From contig CP060768.1 in assembly GCA_023205875.1 (NCBI GenBank), positions 434,001 to 498,000 on the forward strand: DNA of 64,000 nt. Reading direction: 5' to 3'. Positions within the stretch are counted from its first letter, which is position 1. Each line of letters opens with the position of its first letter. Position numbers and translations under genes: made by a program. Below are positions 8,763 through 21,275 of the stretch, piece by piece. This DNA comes from Chloropicon primus (Eukaryota). The notes beneath the pieces were generated by a model. That model was not told the origin of the DNA and did not search any database. It saw only the letters and a program-made list of their open reading frames with translations.

Positions 8763-11700
8763 TCACTGCGAGGAGGCGAGCCAAAAGTCGTAAGGACCCG
8801 CGCCCTTCTTTGACACGACGTAGAAGATCCAGCAACCTGAACTGGGACGGCCAGAGGCGGTGTGGGCATAGTGCTTGCCGGACTCGGGGGCGGTGAAGTC
8901 GGACTGGACCAATCTCCAGGCCCCGCTCTCCCTGGAGGGATCGCGGTTGTGGAATAAATACAGACCGAGCTCGAGGCCACTGTCCTCGTACCTTGGCTTC
9001 GCCCAGCCTTGCTGCGTCAAGGGGGAGTTGGAGCAGAACATGGAGCTGCCCGGAGCGGGCTGCACGTGCAGAACCTCGTTGACTTTGAGGATGGCGCCCA
9101 TCCGAGACTTGGTGCTCGAGGGGGGAGGCTGGGTGCTCGACCCCCCCACTGTGGAAACCGAGCCACACGCGTGCATCGATCCAGAGTACCGGCAGTCGCC
9201 CCACGGGGACGTGGAGCAGAGCGGGTGGGGGACGAGGTCCTCGTCGCCGCTGCACGTGCCGCCCCCGCTGGTGAAGTTCAGGGAAGTGGACAGAGGCTCG
9301 CCGCAGACCATGAGGTCCCAGTCCCCCAGAGCGGCGCTCTGCACCGGGTCGCTGTGGGAGATTGCGAGCTCCCAGATGCCAGCGCTGGAGGAGGCCGGCT
9401 TGTCGGAGAAGTGCATCAAGGCCTCGGCGGGCCGGCGGATTGGAACGTCCCTGCCATCCACGACGGCAAACCTCTGCACCCTGGCCAGCGAACCCTTGAC
9501 GTCGTTCCACACGGTCGTGGCAAAGGTCTCGAACCAGCTTCCCCACCAGCCCGGCATGGGGGCTTCCTTAAAGTCGTCGAAGATGACTTCGCCGTTGGCA
9601 CTGGTAGCGTTTCCCAGGAGTATGGATTTCTCCACGACCGTTTGACCCACCATGTACCTGTGCGACAAGTGCAACCTCTGGCTGGTGAGCTCCTCGTACC
9701 TGACCTTGCTCCGGACGACCACCCTGCGCATGTTGGAAACCGCTTCGTCTTGGTCTATCCTTATGCTTGACTTGGTGAGGCCCTGAACGACGTTCGAGGA
9801 GGCGCTGTCTGGCTTGTAGGTCTTGCACCTCTGCATGTTTTGCCAGACTTCCGTCAGCGCATTCGAGGCAGCTACCCAATCCACCTTCTGGATCTCTTTC
9901 CAGAGCGGTATCAACCATCTGTAGGGGTTCTTTGGGTCGTTCCAAGCATCTTCCAAGACATCGGGGCACCAATTCCAGATGCCGCTCCAGAATTGGGCCC
10001 CGGTCCTCGCGCAGGTGGACACCCCCCCAAAGCTCTTCTGCCCGTTTGACCTGAGGAAGTCGAGGTCGGTCGGAACGTGGACTGGATCGCCGCTCTGGCA
10101 GAAAAACTGGCAGGAGGGGGGACGCCTTCGTGCGACGGTGCCATCGGCGCACAGGTGCAGATCGGTGAGGCATACCCCGTCGGATGTCTCAGGAGGCCTC
10201 ACGGAGTACCTCGTGACCCCGTGGTCAGAGCTCGACCTTCCCCAGAGGGATTGCGGACCCGTGCCGGGGGCCAAAGTGAGAGTCGTCTCGTTCTGGAAGC
10301 CCATCCACTTGGCGGCGGGGTCATCGAAGTCGCACCCACCGAAACCGTAGCTGCCTAGCTCAGGGAAGCGGTACATTCTCCCACCACCGCCCAGGGCCTT
10401 GAAGTGGTAGATGACGCACGGCGATGCCCCGGACAGGACCTGCATCATTGGGATAGACAACAGCTGGACCTTCTGCTCGTACAGGCCGTGGTGAACCTGC
10501 CCGTACTTGAGCTCGAGGGGGAATTCCACCCCGTTTGCCACAACGCTCACTGATTTTGGTGGCACCGCGAGGTGATCAAAGAAGCTCGAGGCAAACACGA
10601 CCTCGTCAATGGGCTCCTCTGGCCTGTGGGCTCCCACGGAGAGCGTTCTCAAGTGCTGGCCGCCCCGCTCGAACGATGACACGAATTCGCCCTGCTCCAC
10701 AAGTCCAGAGTGGCCCAGGTTCAACGTCCAGTAGTGCGTGTACTGAGAAGCGAGGTTGCTGCTGAGCCCGGTGCCCATCTCCCTGAATGTGTCCGACATC
10801 AGGTTCTCCCTGTGGGCTTCCGAGCACATGAAGCTTATCACGCAATCGAAAGGGTGCTTCATTCCCGCGCAGATGTTCTCCCCTCGGTAACCCCCCGGGT
10901 ACCCAACCTCGTCCATCCTGTCGAAGGGAGTGGATTCGTCCAAGCCGATGTGAGACACGAAGTTGTCGGTGGCCATGCTGAGCGAGTGGCTTTGAGCTGA
11001 TTCCGAGAGGACGTCACTCAGGTGCAGAGGCTGCTGTGGCTCCCTTTCGCTTCTCCTGAAGTTGGCCAGGGTGCACCCCCGGGAGGCGTAGGCCCCCTCG
11101 AACGTTTTCGGGGAAGCTCTGACGCTGTTGATCCACATCATCAGCTCCCTTTCCTTTGGGGTAGGCTTCCCTTCCCTGGCGTCCCCGTAGCCGCCCGGGA
11201 AGTCGGCAACTCCCAGCACGACGCTCTGCCTTCCCTGTGCGGGGGATTCTCCTGGGTTGACGATGGATCCCCACGGAAGGAGCGACGTCGGAACGCTCGA
11301 GGACGCGGCCGGAAAGAGCTGAGACTCCCACCCTCCGACGTTCTCGTAAGGATTCCCTTCCAGCCCGGGGCCCTGCCTCAAAGTCTCAAAGGTTGGCTGT
11401 TCTGGCTTTTTCTGGAGCTCCTTGCTCGAGGAATACAAGACATCTGCCCAGGACTCGTCGCTGTACCCCATTGTCTCCTCCACGGCGGTGTAACGCGTGC
11501 CAGATGATGTCAACCGATCTTCCTGGCCGCCAAGGCCCGAGTCTCTGCCCTGCCTCAGAGACATCCACGAGCCGTCGTCGAAGGCCACGTCGTTTCGCGG
11601 CAACGGCGCCCCGTCACCCAAGTACCACTGGTACTGCGGATCCACCACCGCGGGCACCTTCCCCGCCGCCCCCGATTCGTACGACGGTTTCTGGTTGTCG

Positions 11701-13055
11701 TAGAATGAGCCCGTCTTCGATGGGTGCGGGGTCTGGTGAGCCTGAAAGCCTTGCCGCCCAGCACCGCCGTCCAGAGTCAGGAAGATGTCGTGGAAGCTCA
11801 CCGAGCCCCCGTCGTGGGTATTGATCGCGGCCACGGTCAGCTTCTGCTCCCTCCCCAGATCCTGCTGCCCCCTCGCGGGCGCCGCAGACATGTGCATCAC
11901 GAAGTTGATCTCGTACTCGTTCGTGCTCTTAATCTCAAAGCCAACGTCCACGTCGAAACCGTTACCGATCCTCTTGAAGCCCTCCAGCCTGTAGTGGGCT
12001 TCCCGAGTCACGGGGCACGTCTTCGTGACCTTCCCGGCGACGGATGTGACCTCTCCAGGTCGGAGCTGCGCCTCCGCCGACTCCAGCCAAATCACGGACC
12101 CCTTGTTCCTGTGAGCCACGCCTATCCTGGAGTCCCTGGACAGGCTGCCCACCTCCTCCCCCCACACCAGCATCGAGGCCCTCAAGTCCTTCCTGAGGTA
12201 GAGGGTGAAGAACGCGGTGAGGTAGCCGTTCCACCGGCTCGCTCCCGCGTAATTCACGGGCTCCCTGTGGGCGACCCCGTTCATGATCGGCATGATCTTC
12301 GGGGAAGGCGAGCCGTCGAACACGGCCGTCTTCACCATCAGGGGCGAGGTCACGAAGTCCAGGGCTCCCGCGGCCACCATCATCGGGGCGTAGATCAGGG
12401 ACGCGGGGGCGCCGGGCGCGGGGTGGATGGGGGCGACCGCCTTGACCTTCGCCGGCCAGCTCATCGCGCAGTGTAACGACCCGCCCCCCCCCATGGAGTG
12501 GCCCATCACCCCGACCCCGTCCGTGTCCACCCTGCGGTAGAACATGGACTCCTCGCCGTGCAGACCCTGGCCCAAACTCTCAGACAGGATCCACGCCAAG
12601 CCGTGGCACATGTCGTCCCCGAGCGACGCCGGCACCGGCGCCATGTTCCGCACGGACACGATCACGAAGCCGTGGGACACCACGTGGGCGTACAGCCCGG
12701 TGTAGAACTCGGCCGCCGACCCCGCCCCGTGCGCGAACCCGATCGCCTGGAACGTCCCCGTCGTCGTGTTCGGCCTGGCCAGCACCCCGGAACCGGCCTC
12801 CTCCGTCGGAAAGTACACCGCAACGGGCGCGTACCCGTAGCTCTGCCGGAAAAGGCTCGCCTTGGGCGCGTCGACCAGCATCGTCCCCATGTGGTACGGC
12901 CCCGGCGCCGCGTAGTGCGCCAGGGAGTGGTGCTCCAGCATGGGAGCAGGACCCTGAGCGATCACCCCATGAAGCGCACCGAGGAAGGACGCCACGATCG
13001 CGAGGACGACCACGAGGAGAAACCTGCCGACCCTCCTCGCAACGGCGCGGATCAT
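8763..13055 (-). CDS. Secreted multidomain protein: cutinase/chlorophyllase-like alpha/beta hydrolase + CAP (SCP) domain + Cys-rich/P-domain-like C-terminus
   Basis: Hydrophobic N-terminus after the ATG at 13055; FAHG, GHSMGGGG, GALD and GVAH triad motifs; CAP motifs INSVRA, AQSHSLSMA...SH, GENI, SEAHRENLM, YWT. Confidence 0.8.
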   Translation of the reverse strand: MIRAVARRVGRFLLVVVLAIVASFLGALHGVIAQGPAPMLEHHSLAHYAAPGPYHMGTMLVDAPKASLFRQSYGYAPVAVYFPTEEAGSGVLARPNTTTGTFQAIGFAHGAGSAAEFYTGLYAHVVSHGFVIVSVRNMAPVPASLGDDMCHGLAWILSESLGQGLHGEESMFYRRVDTDGVGVMGHSMGGGGSLHCAMSWPAKVKAVAPIHPAPGAPASLIYAPMMVAAGALDFVTSPLMVKTAVFDGSPSPKIMPIMNGVAHREPVNYAGASRWNGYLTAFFTLYLRKDLRASMLVWGEEVGSLSRDSRIGVAHRNKGSVIWLESAEAQLRPGEVTSVAGKVTKTCPVTREAHYRLEGFKRIGNGFDVDVGFEIKSTNEYEINFVMHMSAAPARGQQDLGREQKLTVAAINTHDGGSVSFHDIFLTLDGGAGRQGFQAHQTPHPSKTGSFYDNQKPSYESGAAGKVPAVVDPQYQWYLGDGAPLPRNDVAFDDGSWMSLRQGRDSGLGGQEDRLTSSGTRYTAVEETMGYSDESWADVLYSSSKELQKKPEQPTFETLRQGPGLEGNPYENVGGWESQLFPAASSSVPTSLLPWGSIVNPGESPAQGRQSVVLGVADFPGGYGDAREGKPTPKERELMMWINSVRASPKTFEGAYASRGCTLANFRRSEREPQQPLHLSDVLSESAQSHSLSMATDNFVSHIGLDESTPFDRMDEVGYPGGYRGENICAGMKHPFDCVISFMCSEAHRENLMSDTFREMGTGLSSNLASQYTHYWTLNLGHSGLVEQGEFVSSFERGGQHLRTLSVGAHRPEEPIDEVVFASSFFDHLAVPPKSVSVVANGVEFPLELKYGQVHHGLYEQKVQLLSIPMMQVLSGASPCVIYHFKALGGGGRMYRFPELGSYGFGGCDFDDPAAKWMGFQNETTLTLAPGTGPQSLWGRSSSDHGVTRYSVRPPETSDGVCLTDLHLCADGTVARRRPPSCQFFCQSGDPVHVPTDLDFLRSNGQKSFGGVSTCARTGAQFWSGIWNWCPDVLEDAWNDPKNPYRWLIPLWKEIQKVDWVAASNALTEVWQNMQRCKTYKPDSASSNVVQGLTKSSIRIDQDEAVSNMRRVVVRSKVRYEELTSQRLHLSHRYMVGQTVVEKSILLGNATSANGEVIFDDFKEAPMPGWWGSWFETFATTVWNDVKGSLARVQRFAVVDGRDVPIRRPAEALMHFSDKPASSSAGIWELAISHSDPVQSAALGDWDLMVCGEPLSTSLNFTSGGGTCSGDEDLVPHPLCSTSPWGDCRYSGSMHACGSVSTVGGSSTQPPPSSTKSRMGAILKVNEVLHVQPAPGSSMFCSNSPLTQQGWAKPRYEDSGLELGLYLFHNRDPSRESGAWRLVQSDFTAPESGKHYAHTASGRPSSGCWIFYVVSKKGAGPYDFWLASSQ

Positions 13056-13462
13056 CCTCCGCGGAAACGAAACCGAAACGAAAGAGAGAGAGAGATGCGA
13101 AAGAAAAAAATAAACAGCAACCGACCCGGGCGCGCTGCCGCCAGCGTTGACCGAAAGTGATAGTGATCCATCTCTCCATCTCTCCCTCGCCCTCCTCCAA
13201 GACGACGGTTTTCCCAATAATCCAGGGACGTTAAAGAATTTTAGGAAAGAATCATGTGATGTGATGATGATGGAGAGGGAGAGGGAAGCCCGCTCTTTCT
13301 TCTCGTTAGGAGGGGGGGCGTGCTCTCTGTTGCTCCCTCGATCCCTCCGCCGCCCTCTCCTTGCCTTCCCCCTTCCGCGATTTCACGATTGCGCTCTTCT
13401 GGGGTAGCCTTCTCTCTCTCTGTCTCTGTCTCTCTGTCTCTCTTGGCCAGCCATCTATTCGT

Positions 13463-14170
13463 TCACCTCGTCCTTTCCTTGGAGCCCTTGAACCCGCTTC
13501 GCGTGGACTTGTGGAGCCCCGAGGAGGACGAGGACTTTCCCCTGCTGCCCTTGAACCCCCTGTGAGTCTTCTTTTGCGAGGAGCCCAAGCGGCCGCCGCT
13601 TTTCCTTCTCTTGTCGTGCCGAGTCGCCGGGCCCTTCCTGGCCACGCCGAGGGCCTTTCCGCGGTGCCGCTTGGCGTCCCTGCCCCTGTCTTTGCTCCCC
13701 CGGTCCCCCTCGCCCTCGCTCTCGCCGGAGCTCTCCGAGTCGTCATTCAGGGGCGCAACCGTCACGGTGACCTGCGCCTCCTCCCCCCCGTAGCTCGTCT
13801 CCACCGCCGTCGCTGCCGCTGCCGCCTCGCCCTCCCCGGAGGAGGACCCCGCGCCGTCTTCGGAGTCCGAGTCCAACCCCGCATCCGTAATCAAGTCCTT
13901 GATCGCCTGCCTCTTCTCGTTCCTCCTCTCCCTCTCCGCCTCCTTCTCCTTCCTCGCAATTTGCTTCTGGGCCTTCACCCTCCTCTGCTGCTTCCTCTTC
14001 CTGAACCCCGTGACGTAGTCCTTCAGCGCGCTCGGGTCGAACCGCACCTCGATGTGCTTCTTCCTCCGCTCCTGCTTCGACACGTGCCGACCCTTCGCCG
14101 CCCTCTCCCCGGGACGACTCTGCACGTACGTCTCCTCCCGTCCTCCATCCCCAGCACCAGGACGCGCCAT
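13463..14170 (-). CDS. NOL12: Nucleolar protein 12 / Rrp17 (Nop25 domain)
   Basis: EVRFDPSALKDYVTGFRKRKQQRR motif and a basic C-terminus. Confidence 0.85.
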   Translation of the reverse strand: MARPGAGDGGREETYVQSRPGERAAKGRHVSKQERRKKHIEVRFDPSALKDYVTGFRKRKQQRRVKAQKQIARKEKEAERERRNEKRQAIKDLITDAGLDSDSEDGAGSSSGEGEAAAAATAVETSYGGEEAQVTVTVAPLNDDSESSGESEGEGDRGSKDRGRDAKRHRGKALGVARKGPATRHDKRRKSGGRLGSSQKKTHRGFKGSRGKSSSSSGLHKSTRSGFKGSKERTR

Positions 14171-14390
14171 CTTCTCTGCTCCTTGTTCTCCACAACGCCG
14201 CGACGCCGCCACCAAACGACGAGTACGACGACGAGGACGAGGACGAAACCCTCTGAGGCGTCGTCCACCTGGACCTAGACCTAGACCTATCCAATTCCAA
14301 ACCGTCGCGCGCGCGCCGTCTGCACTGCGCCGCTCAGTTAGCTCGTGGCTTCCTCGCCGTTGGGAGAAGAGAAGAGGAGAGGACGAGAGG

Positions 14391-14981
14391 ATGGCGGAAG
14401 AGTTCGTCCGCGTCGCGACGGAGGTGACGAACGTGACGACGGCGAGGAGCATCGGGTTAGCGGAACTCGTCCTCTTGCTCCTCGTCATCGTCTGTTGCGC
14501 GTACGCCATCACAAAGGCCTTGCTCTTGGGACAAAAGAAACGAAGTCTGTTGCTGATCGTGGGACCGGCGAGCTCAGGAAAGACGACCTTGTTCAAGCAG
14601 GTGAGTGGTGGAGGAAGCGGGAGGAGCGGAGGAGCGCCTGACATGATCGTTCTGACTCGTTTGTCGCGTTTTCGCTCGCTCTCTTGTGGTTGTGGCAGTT
14701 GCAATATGGCGAGGCTCCTTCGTCGACGGTGACTTCGGTGGTGCCCAACGAGGAGGACTGCAGGGTGCGGCAGGGGGAGGGAGACCAGGGGCAAACGGTG
14801 AGGGTGGTGGACTATCCAGGCCACGTGAAACTCAGGAGTGGGTGCGACGCTTACCTTCAAAGGGCCAAGAAAATCGTCTTCGTCACCGACTCTCTGGTGT
14901 ACAACGACAGCGACAGCGTCAGGGAAGCTGCAGGGTGAGTGAACAACAGAACGACAAGTGATCCCTCGATCCTTCTGTCCA

Positions 14982-15034
<53 letters not shown>

Positions 15035-15471
15035 CAGCGACCGCTCGGTGCCCACGTGGCCTTCCTCGGCCGTTGTTGGGTGGAAGGGCGCTCTCACGAC
15101 TTTCACGAATACGCTGACGCTTCAGTGCGCCCTCCCTCCCTCCCAGCTTCCTGTTTAGCGTGTTGGCCAACCCCGGGGTGCTGAGGCACCGGGTGCCAGT
15201 CTTCATCGCGTGCAACAAGTCGGACAGGATGAACGCGTTCTCGGTGGAGTTTGTCAAGAGGAGGCTCGAGAAGGAGATCGACGTGTTGCTGTCCACGGTG
15301 GGCGGCCTCAGCGACACCAAGGGGGGTGGGGACGACCTCGTCAACATCACGAGCGTGGGGCTGGGAGAGCCCTTCAAGCTGGCCAATTGCCTTTCCAAGG
15401 TGTCCTCGGGGGCCATGTCCGCGCTCAAGGGGAACCTGAAGACCCTCAAGCCCTACCTCACGGCGGCGTAA
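14391..15471 (+). CDS. SRPRB: Signal recognition particle receptor beta; introns 14601-14698 and 14935-15146
   Basis: N-terminal TM segment, GPASSGKT, DYPGH, IACNKSD, LEKEI; canonical splice sites restore the frame. Confidence 0.88.
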
Positions 15472-16342
15472 ATGGCGACGGCCCACGTCGTGCCCACGAG
15501 AGCGAGCGCATTGTGGTGTGTACATACTTGTATATAGACTATAGAATTCTGCTAGACGCGATTGGAGTTCCTCTGATCCAACATCCTTGAAACTCCCCGC
15601 AAACAACAACATATGGAGACTCGTCGTCCCCGCACGAGTAACGGCCTCAAGACCATCCACCAGACCTGGGGTGGCCGGGGGGGGGAACAAAGCAAAGCAG
15701 AGCAAAACAAAGCAATGGACATCGCACTGGGCAACGCCACTCGTGGGTGAGCCAACCAAGGACTCACACATTGGGGACACACCACCACACCATCATCCAT
15801 TCCACCAACCAGCAGAGCAGCAAGGCTTCCCTTCCCCTTGACATGTACACTAACGTCAGGAGGAGTGCAACGCGCGCTAGATCTCATCGCTCTCCTCAGC
15901 CGTCCAATGCGTTTTTTTTTTTCCGTACGTCGCCAGGACCAACCGATCGGTGACGCGCGAGCAAACTCGGAAGGTAAGACGACGACGACGACGACGACGA
16001 CGACGAGGTGGTCTTCTCCTCCCGTCGGCTTCGCTCCTGTTTCTCGCTCGCGCGCTCTTCTTTTCGTCGTGCGGCTTGGAGGAGGGGACAGGAAACGCTT
16101 GATTGAGAGTGTGGGTGGGTGTTCGTGGTTCCTCTCTCTCTCTCTCTCTCTGCTCGCTCGCTCGCTCCTTTGTCGAGCGGCGTGCGATGACGAGGAACTC
16201 TCCGCCTCTCTGTCTTCTCTCTCTCTCTCTCGCTGTCTCGCTCGCTCTGCCTGATGCCTGTTCCTCGACGGGAAAGGCTGACCATTTTCTGCTGCTCTGC
16301 TCTTGTGCCTCAGGCGGTGTGCTCACGACGGTACGGACGGAG

Positions 16343-17488
16343 ATGGTTTCGACGGTGCACAAGCGCCACTCCGTGGGGGGTGTGGGGCGCCAGGCGTGCG
16401 CGAGATCGAGCTCGGGCGCCCTCGCAGCGAGGAGGAGCGGAGGAGCGAGGTGGAACGCCAGGGTTGGAAGGCCCTCCTCGACGAGGATCGGGGCGGAGGA
16501 GAAGGAGATGCTGATGTGGGAGGCGCTGAGGGAGGCGACGGACGAGGAGATGGAGAGGGATCCAACCGTCCTGGTGATGGGAGAGGACGTCGGGCACTAC
16601 GGAGGGTCCTACAAGGTGACGTACGACCTGTACAAGAAGTACGGGGAGATGAGACTCCTGGACACGCCCATCGCGGAGAACTCGTTTGCAGGCATGGGAA
16701 TCGGGGCCGCGATGACTGGCCTCAGGCCCATCATCGAGGGAATGAACATGGGTTTCTTGCTCTTGGCCTTCAACCAGATCTCGAACAACTGCGGCATGCT
16801 CCACTACACTTCGGGGGGGCAGTACAAGGTCCCCGTGGTCATCCGAGGACCCGGCGGCGTTGGCAGGCAGCTCGGCGCCGAGCATTCCCAGAGGCTGGAG
16901 TCCTACTTCCAGTCCATCCCGGGCGTGCAGCTGGTGGCGTGCAGCACGGCGAGGAACTCCAAGGCCTTGCTGAAGGCAGCCATCAGGAGCGACAACCCCG
17001 TCATCTTCTTTGAGCACGTGCTTTTGTACAACGTGAAGGGCCCCGTGGGGGGCAAGGACGAGGTCCAGGAGCTCAATAGGGCCGAGGTCGTGAGAGAAGG
17101 ATCCGACATCACCATCTTGTGCTACAGCAGAATGAGGTACGTCTCCATGCAGGCGGTGGGCGACTTGGTGACCCAGGGGTACGACCCGGAAGTGATCGAC
17201 TTGATCTCCCTCAAGCCGTTTGACTTGGAGACCATCTACAACTCGTTGAAGAAGACCAGAAAGGTTCTGATCGTCGAGGAGTGCATGAAGACGGGTGGCA
17301 TCGGCGCCTCCTTGAGCAGCACGATCAGCGAGAATTTCATAGACGAGCTCGACCACGAGGTGGTGAGGCTCTCCTCCCAGGACGTTCCAACGGCGTACGC
17401 CCACGAACTAGAAGCCGCGACCATCGTTCAACCGGAGCAGGTCGTGGATGCGGTGCACAAGATGTGCGGATCCGCCATTCCCGCCTAG
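16343..17488 (+). CDS. pdhB: Plastid pyruvate dehydrogenase E1 beta subunit
   Basis: Transit peptide; [27 protein letters not shown]. Confidence 0.95.
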   Translation: MVSTVHKRHSVGGVGRQACARSSSGALAARRSGGARWNARVGRPSSTRIGAEEKEMLMWEALREATDEEMERDPTVLVMGEDVGHYGGSYKVTYDLYKKYGEMRLLDTPIAENSFAGMGIGAAMTGLRPIIEGMNMGFLLLAFNQISNNCGMLHYTSGGQYKVPVVIRGPGGVGRQLGAEHSQRLESYFQSIPGVQLVACSTARNSKALLKAAIRSDNPVIFFEHVLLYNVKGPVGGKDEVQELNRAEVVREGSDITILCYSRMRYVSMQAVGDLVTQGYDPEVIDLISLKPFDLETIYNSLKKTRKVLIVEECMKTGGIGASLSSTISENFIDELDHEVVRLSSQDVPTAYAHELEAATIVQPEQVVDAVHKMCGSAIPA

Positions 17489-17611
17489 TGCGAGTGCACG
17501 TTTGTAAAAAAAGGCCACCCTTTTTGTTCATCGACGAGTTTTCTGTGCTGTTTCGAATTATTCTATGTGTACAAAATAGTTTCCGTCGCCATTTAGTCGC
17601 TCGATTATTAC

Positions 17612-18903
17612 TTACTTTTGGTAAAGGCTCTCCACGATGCACAGTTTCTGCAACGCTTGCCCTCCCAAAGTGACCACCTTCTCGCTGAAGTTAGTGGTCT
17701 GATTGCTAATCAAAAAACTCTCCATCCTGCTTGGCTCGGTCAGCGGGGTGTAGTTGGGGTCCTCCTCCGTGAGTGGGTCCTCGCCCGCGGCCCTCCTCGC
17801 CGCGTTCTCCTGCTTCCTCTTCTGCAGCCACTGCTGGTGCTGGAGCTCGTGCCTGGCGGACATCCTGTGGTACTGGGAAACTTGGTAGATCTTTCCGTGG
17901 TACTCGTCCACGGACTCCATCATGAACTCCAAGTTCCTCTCTAGGAGATCAGGCTCGACAAAGGTCAACCGATCGAACGTCCCCTGGTCCGCCTGCCCGT
18001 CGCTCTGCAACACGTTGAACATGGCAGAAACGAGGGAGGAGTTCGTCACCGTGATTGGGAGCTCCTGGAACATGTCCTTGCTCGTGACTCCCTCCTGGTT
18101 CAAGGTCGTTGCCGTCACCTTGCCCTCCTTGAACAGGTTCAAGAACTTCTCCTTGAGCTTGAGGACCTTGAGCCCGAAGGACCCCTGGGCGGCCTCCTGT
18201 GGGTCGTACACGATGCAGACGCACCTCTTGATCGACTCCTGGTAGCTCATGAAAGTCTCCACGAGCTCCAAAGTTTGGTAGGACCCGACGAAGGTGCTCT
18301 GGTACCATCCAACGGTGTTGTTGTCCACGTTCACCTCGCGGAGGCAACGCATCATCTCCAGCTGGTACGAGGCATCCTCGTCCTCGTCACCGCCCGCCTC
18401 CTCCACCTTGTTCGGGAAAGGGAAAGAGTAGGTGATCTCCAGCGTGCTTCCGATGTCCAAACCCAAGAGCTGCCCCGTCACGAAATTCGGCAGGCACTCC
18501 TTACAGTGCTTAATGATCTTGGCCACCACGATTCCCTCCACCTGAGAGAGGACAAGGAGAAGGAGAAGGAGAAGGACAACCACGAGACACGAGACACGAG
18601 GCGAGCAGAAAAGAAAAGAAAAGAAAAAGAAAGGTTAGAGCCACGCTCTGGCGAAGAAAGAAACGACGGCCAAGGGAGTCGACACGAGGAAGGAAACTCC
18701 GTCACGGCCTCGGCCTCTCTCTCTCTCGAGGGAAGGGGAAGGAAAAGAAGAGAGAGAACAAGAGCAAGAGGTTTTCGTCCGCCGCAACGAAACGGACCCC
18801 CCGAACCCAAGGCACGCGCGCGCTGACTCACCTGAACATTGGTGACCGGAATGTCCTCCTTAGCCTTCTTCCCGATGGACGCTGCGAAGTTAAGCCCAGC
18901 CAT
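17612..18903 (-). CDS. EIF3H: Eukaryotic translation initiation factor 3 subunit H; intron 18542-18831
   Basis: KIIKHC, VTGQLLGLD, YQLEMMRCLREVNVDNNTVGWYQST. Confidence 0.93.
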
Positions 18904-19464
18904 GATGATGCTCCCGTCGTCGTCGTCGTCGTCGGCTTCGTTTTGGTTTTTCTTCTTTGTGGCGGCTCCAGCAAAAGTTTTCCGATCGAAGACGAAGGCA
19001 TTTTTTCCCCGATCGATCAGGGGGAGGATCGCGATCGCGATCGGGCGGAGGGAGGGAGGGAGGGACGAGGACGTTGCGGCGATCGGAGGACGCGGGAGGC
19101 GTCGGGGTCGAAGACGGTGGGTGGCGATCGATAGAGCAGGTCGAGATCTTTCAGACGACACCTCGCGCGATCGGTTTGGGACGAAAACCAAGGAGGAGGA
19201 GAGTGGAAGAGGCTGAGTGGAAGAGGGAGAGAGTGTCGGGCGAAGGAAGGGGGGTGGGGGGTCTGCGTCGAACGAGAGGGCGCCTCGCGAGCGTTTCATT
19301 CGTGCGTCGCTTGGTCGGCTTGGGCTTCTTGTTCGGCCTTCGAAGTGTTCGTTCGAATGCAAGCTCGGAGAGATTACTGTGACTGATTGAAGGGAGACAG
19401 GCAGAGGCAGAGGCAGAGGCAGAGAAGGTTCCTCCGCAGAAGGGACGCCGGGGGTCGGGGCGCC

Positions 19465-21209
19465 ATGAGGTTCGCATTCATGGAAGGGGGGGACCTGGAG
19501 GACGGGAAGGAGTCCACGAGCGGGAGGCCTGCGTACGAACCGTTCGTGTTCACCGTGGGTGAGAACCCAGCGAGTGGTGCCGCGAAGGACACGGGCGTCG
19601 GCCTGGGCGACGACAAGTCCAAGAGGCCGTTCTTCGGCGGCGGCGAGGTCCTCAGTCCAAACCCTAGGGGCAAGCGGGAGCTGGCCAAGGAGGTGGAGTT
19701 CCACGACAAGTACATGAAAATGAACGCAACGGTGTGGTTCGACAGCAACGCGAGGAGGGAGCAGCTCCAGAGAGAGCTGAAGGAGGTCCTCGTGGAGGAG
19801 ACCCAGGATGTGAAGTCTTCCATATTCAGCGTCCAGGAGCAGAAGGAGACGTACCAGGAGGAGCTCACGAAATTTGTGACGGGCGAGAAGAGGAAGAGCG
19901 GGGCCATGATGAGTCCAGTGTCGCCCCAAATGAGGGCGCTGGGCTCGTCGCTCCAAGCTCTCGAAGGAGAGATCCACCGAGGTAGGTTTCTTTCTTTCTT
20001 TTTTTCGGGGGGGAGGGGAGCCCCACCAGCAAGCGCTCGGGACGCCTTCGTTCCTAAACACGAAACACGCCGCTGCTTGTTTGTCTGTTTGCATGCATGC
20101 GTATGTTCTTCTTCTCCCTGTCTCCCTCAGTCAAGCATCAAAAGCTGATGGAGAAGGCCAAGCAGGAGGCGGAGGAGCAAAAGCGGCTGCAGCGGGAGGA
20201 AGCGGAGAGGAGAAAGAAGCTGGAGCTGGAGCAAAAGCAGAATATGGAGGCCCAAATCGCTCTCAAGCAGCGCCAGGAGATGGAAAGGAAGAGGAAGGAA
20301 GAGGAGGACGAGGCCAGGAAAGTGGCGGACGCCAGGGCGAGGGAGGAAAGGGAGAACAGGATCCCGGAGGGGGTCCTGATGTCGCCCTCGGCCTCCAAGT
20401 GGCAGAAGTCTTGCGCCAGCGTCTACGACAAGCACAAGGCCTTGGCGGCGGACATCTTCAAGGCCTCCAAGTTGGAGAGGCTCAAGCTCGAGAAACCCAT
20501 AAAGAAGTGCGTCAATCAAGTGTCTTGCTCCAGGCAGCAGATCGCGTTCGTCGGGCGGAGCATACTGGAGCACTTGACCAATCAGTACAACCAGGGAAAG
20601 CACTTTTACTCATACTGCTTGGTGCGCTTGGGGGACTTGATCGCTCTGCAGGGTCCGGGCCTGGGGGCGGCCAAGCAGCTCGCCTTTGCGTACGCCGAGC
20701 TCGTCTCCATGGTCTCCGAATCGTTCCACGACTTGGCCTACGTCGTCGTCGCGGCTCTGCACAAGAGTTGCCCCCTCACCGTGCCATCCCTCCCGAAGGG
20801 ATACAAAGCGGTGCAGACGGACATCAAGGGGTACATCAGTCTGTGGGCAGCTCTTTGCCAGCTCCAGCCCAAGGAGTGGTTTCGATCGAGCGAACAAAGT
20901 TGGAGCTGGCAGGCTCGATTCTTGAACACGATTCCACCGAACGAGTCCACGGCGATCGCGCTCGACGCGTTCCTTCAGATCGCGGGCCACAAGTCCTTTG
21001 GGGCGTACAGGAAGCAGCAGGTCAAGCTCTTTTCCTACGCCAAGGAGGTCTTCTTGACACAGCTCATGAAGCGGGCGGGGGGAGGAGACGAGGACATTGA
21101 TGCCGTGAAGTCCAGGATAGAGAAATACGTGACCATGCAGCTGTACGCAACCCCCCCCAAGGACTCTTTCATTCCCGAGACGGACGACTCCCAGCATATC
21201 AGGTGCTAG
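19465..21209 (+). CDS. GLE1: mRNA export factor GLE1-like; intron 19982-20130
   Basis: Coiled coil followed by a GLE1-like region (AFAYA, LHKSCPLTVP, WSWQARFLN, LDAFLQIAG, YRKQQVKL). Confidence 0.8.
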
Positions 21210-21275
21210 GACCCCACAACAAGAGGAAGAGGGAAAAAAATCAAAAGTTGCGTAAGTTTAGTACAATGTGTGGCT

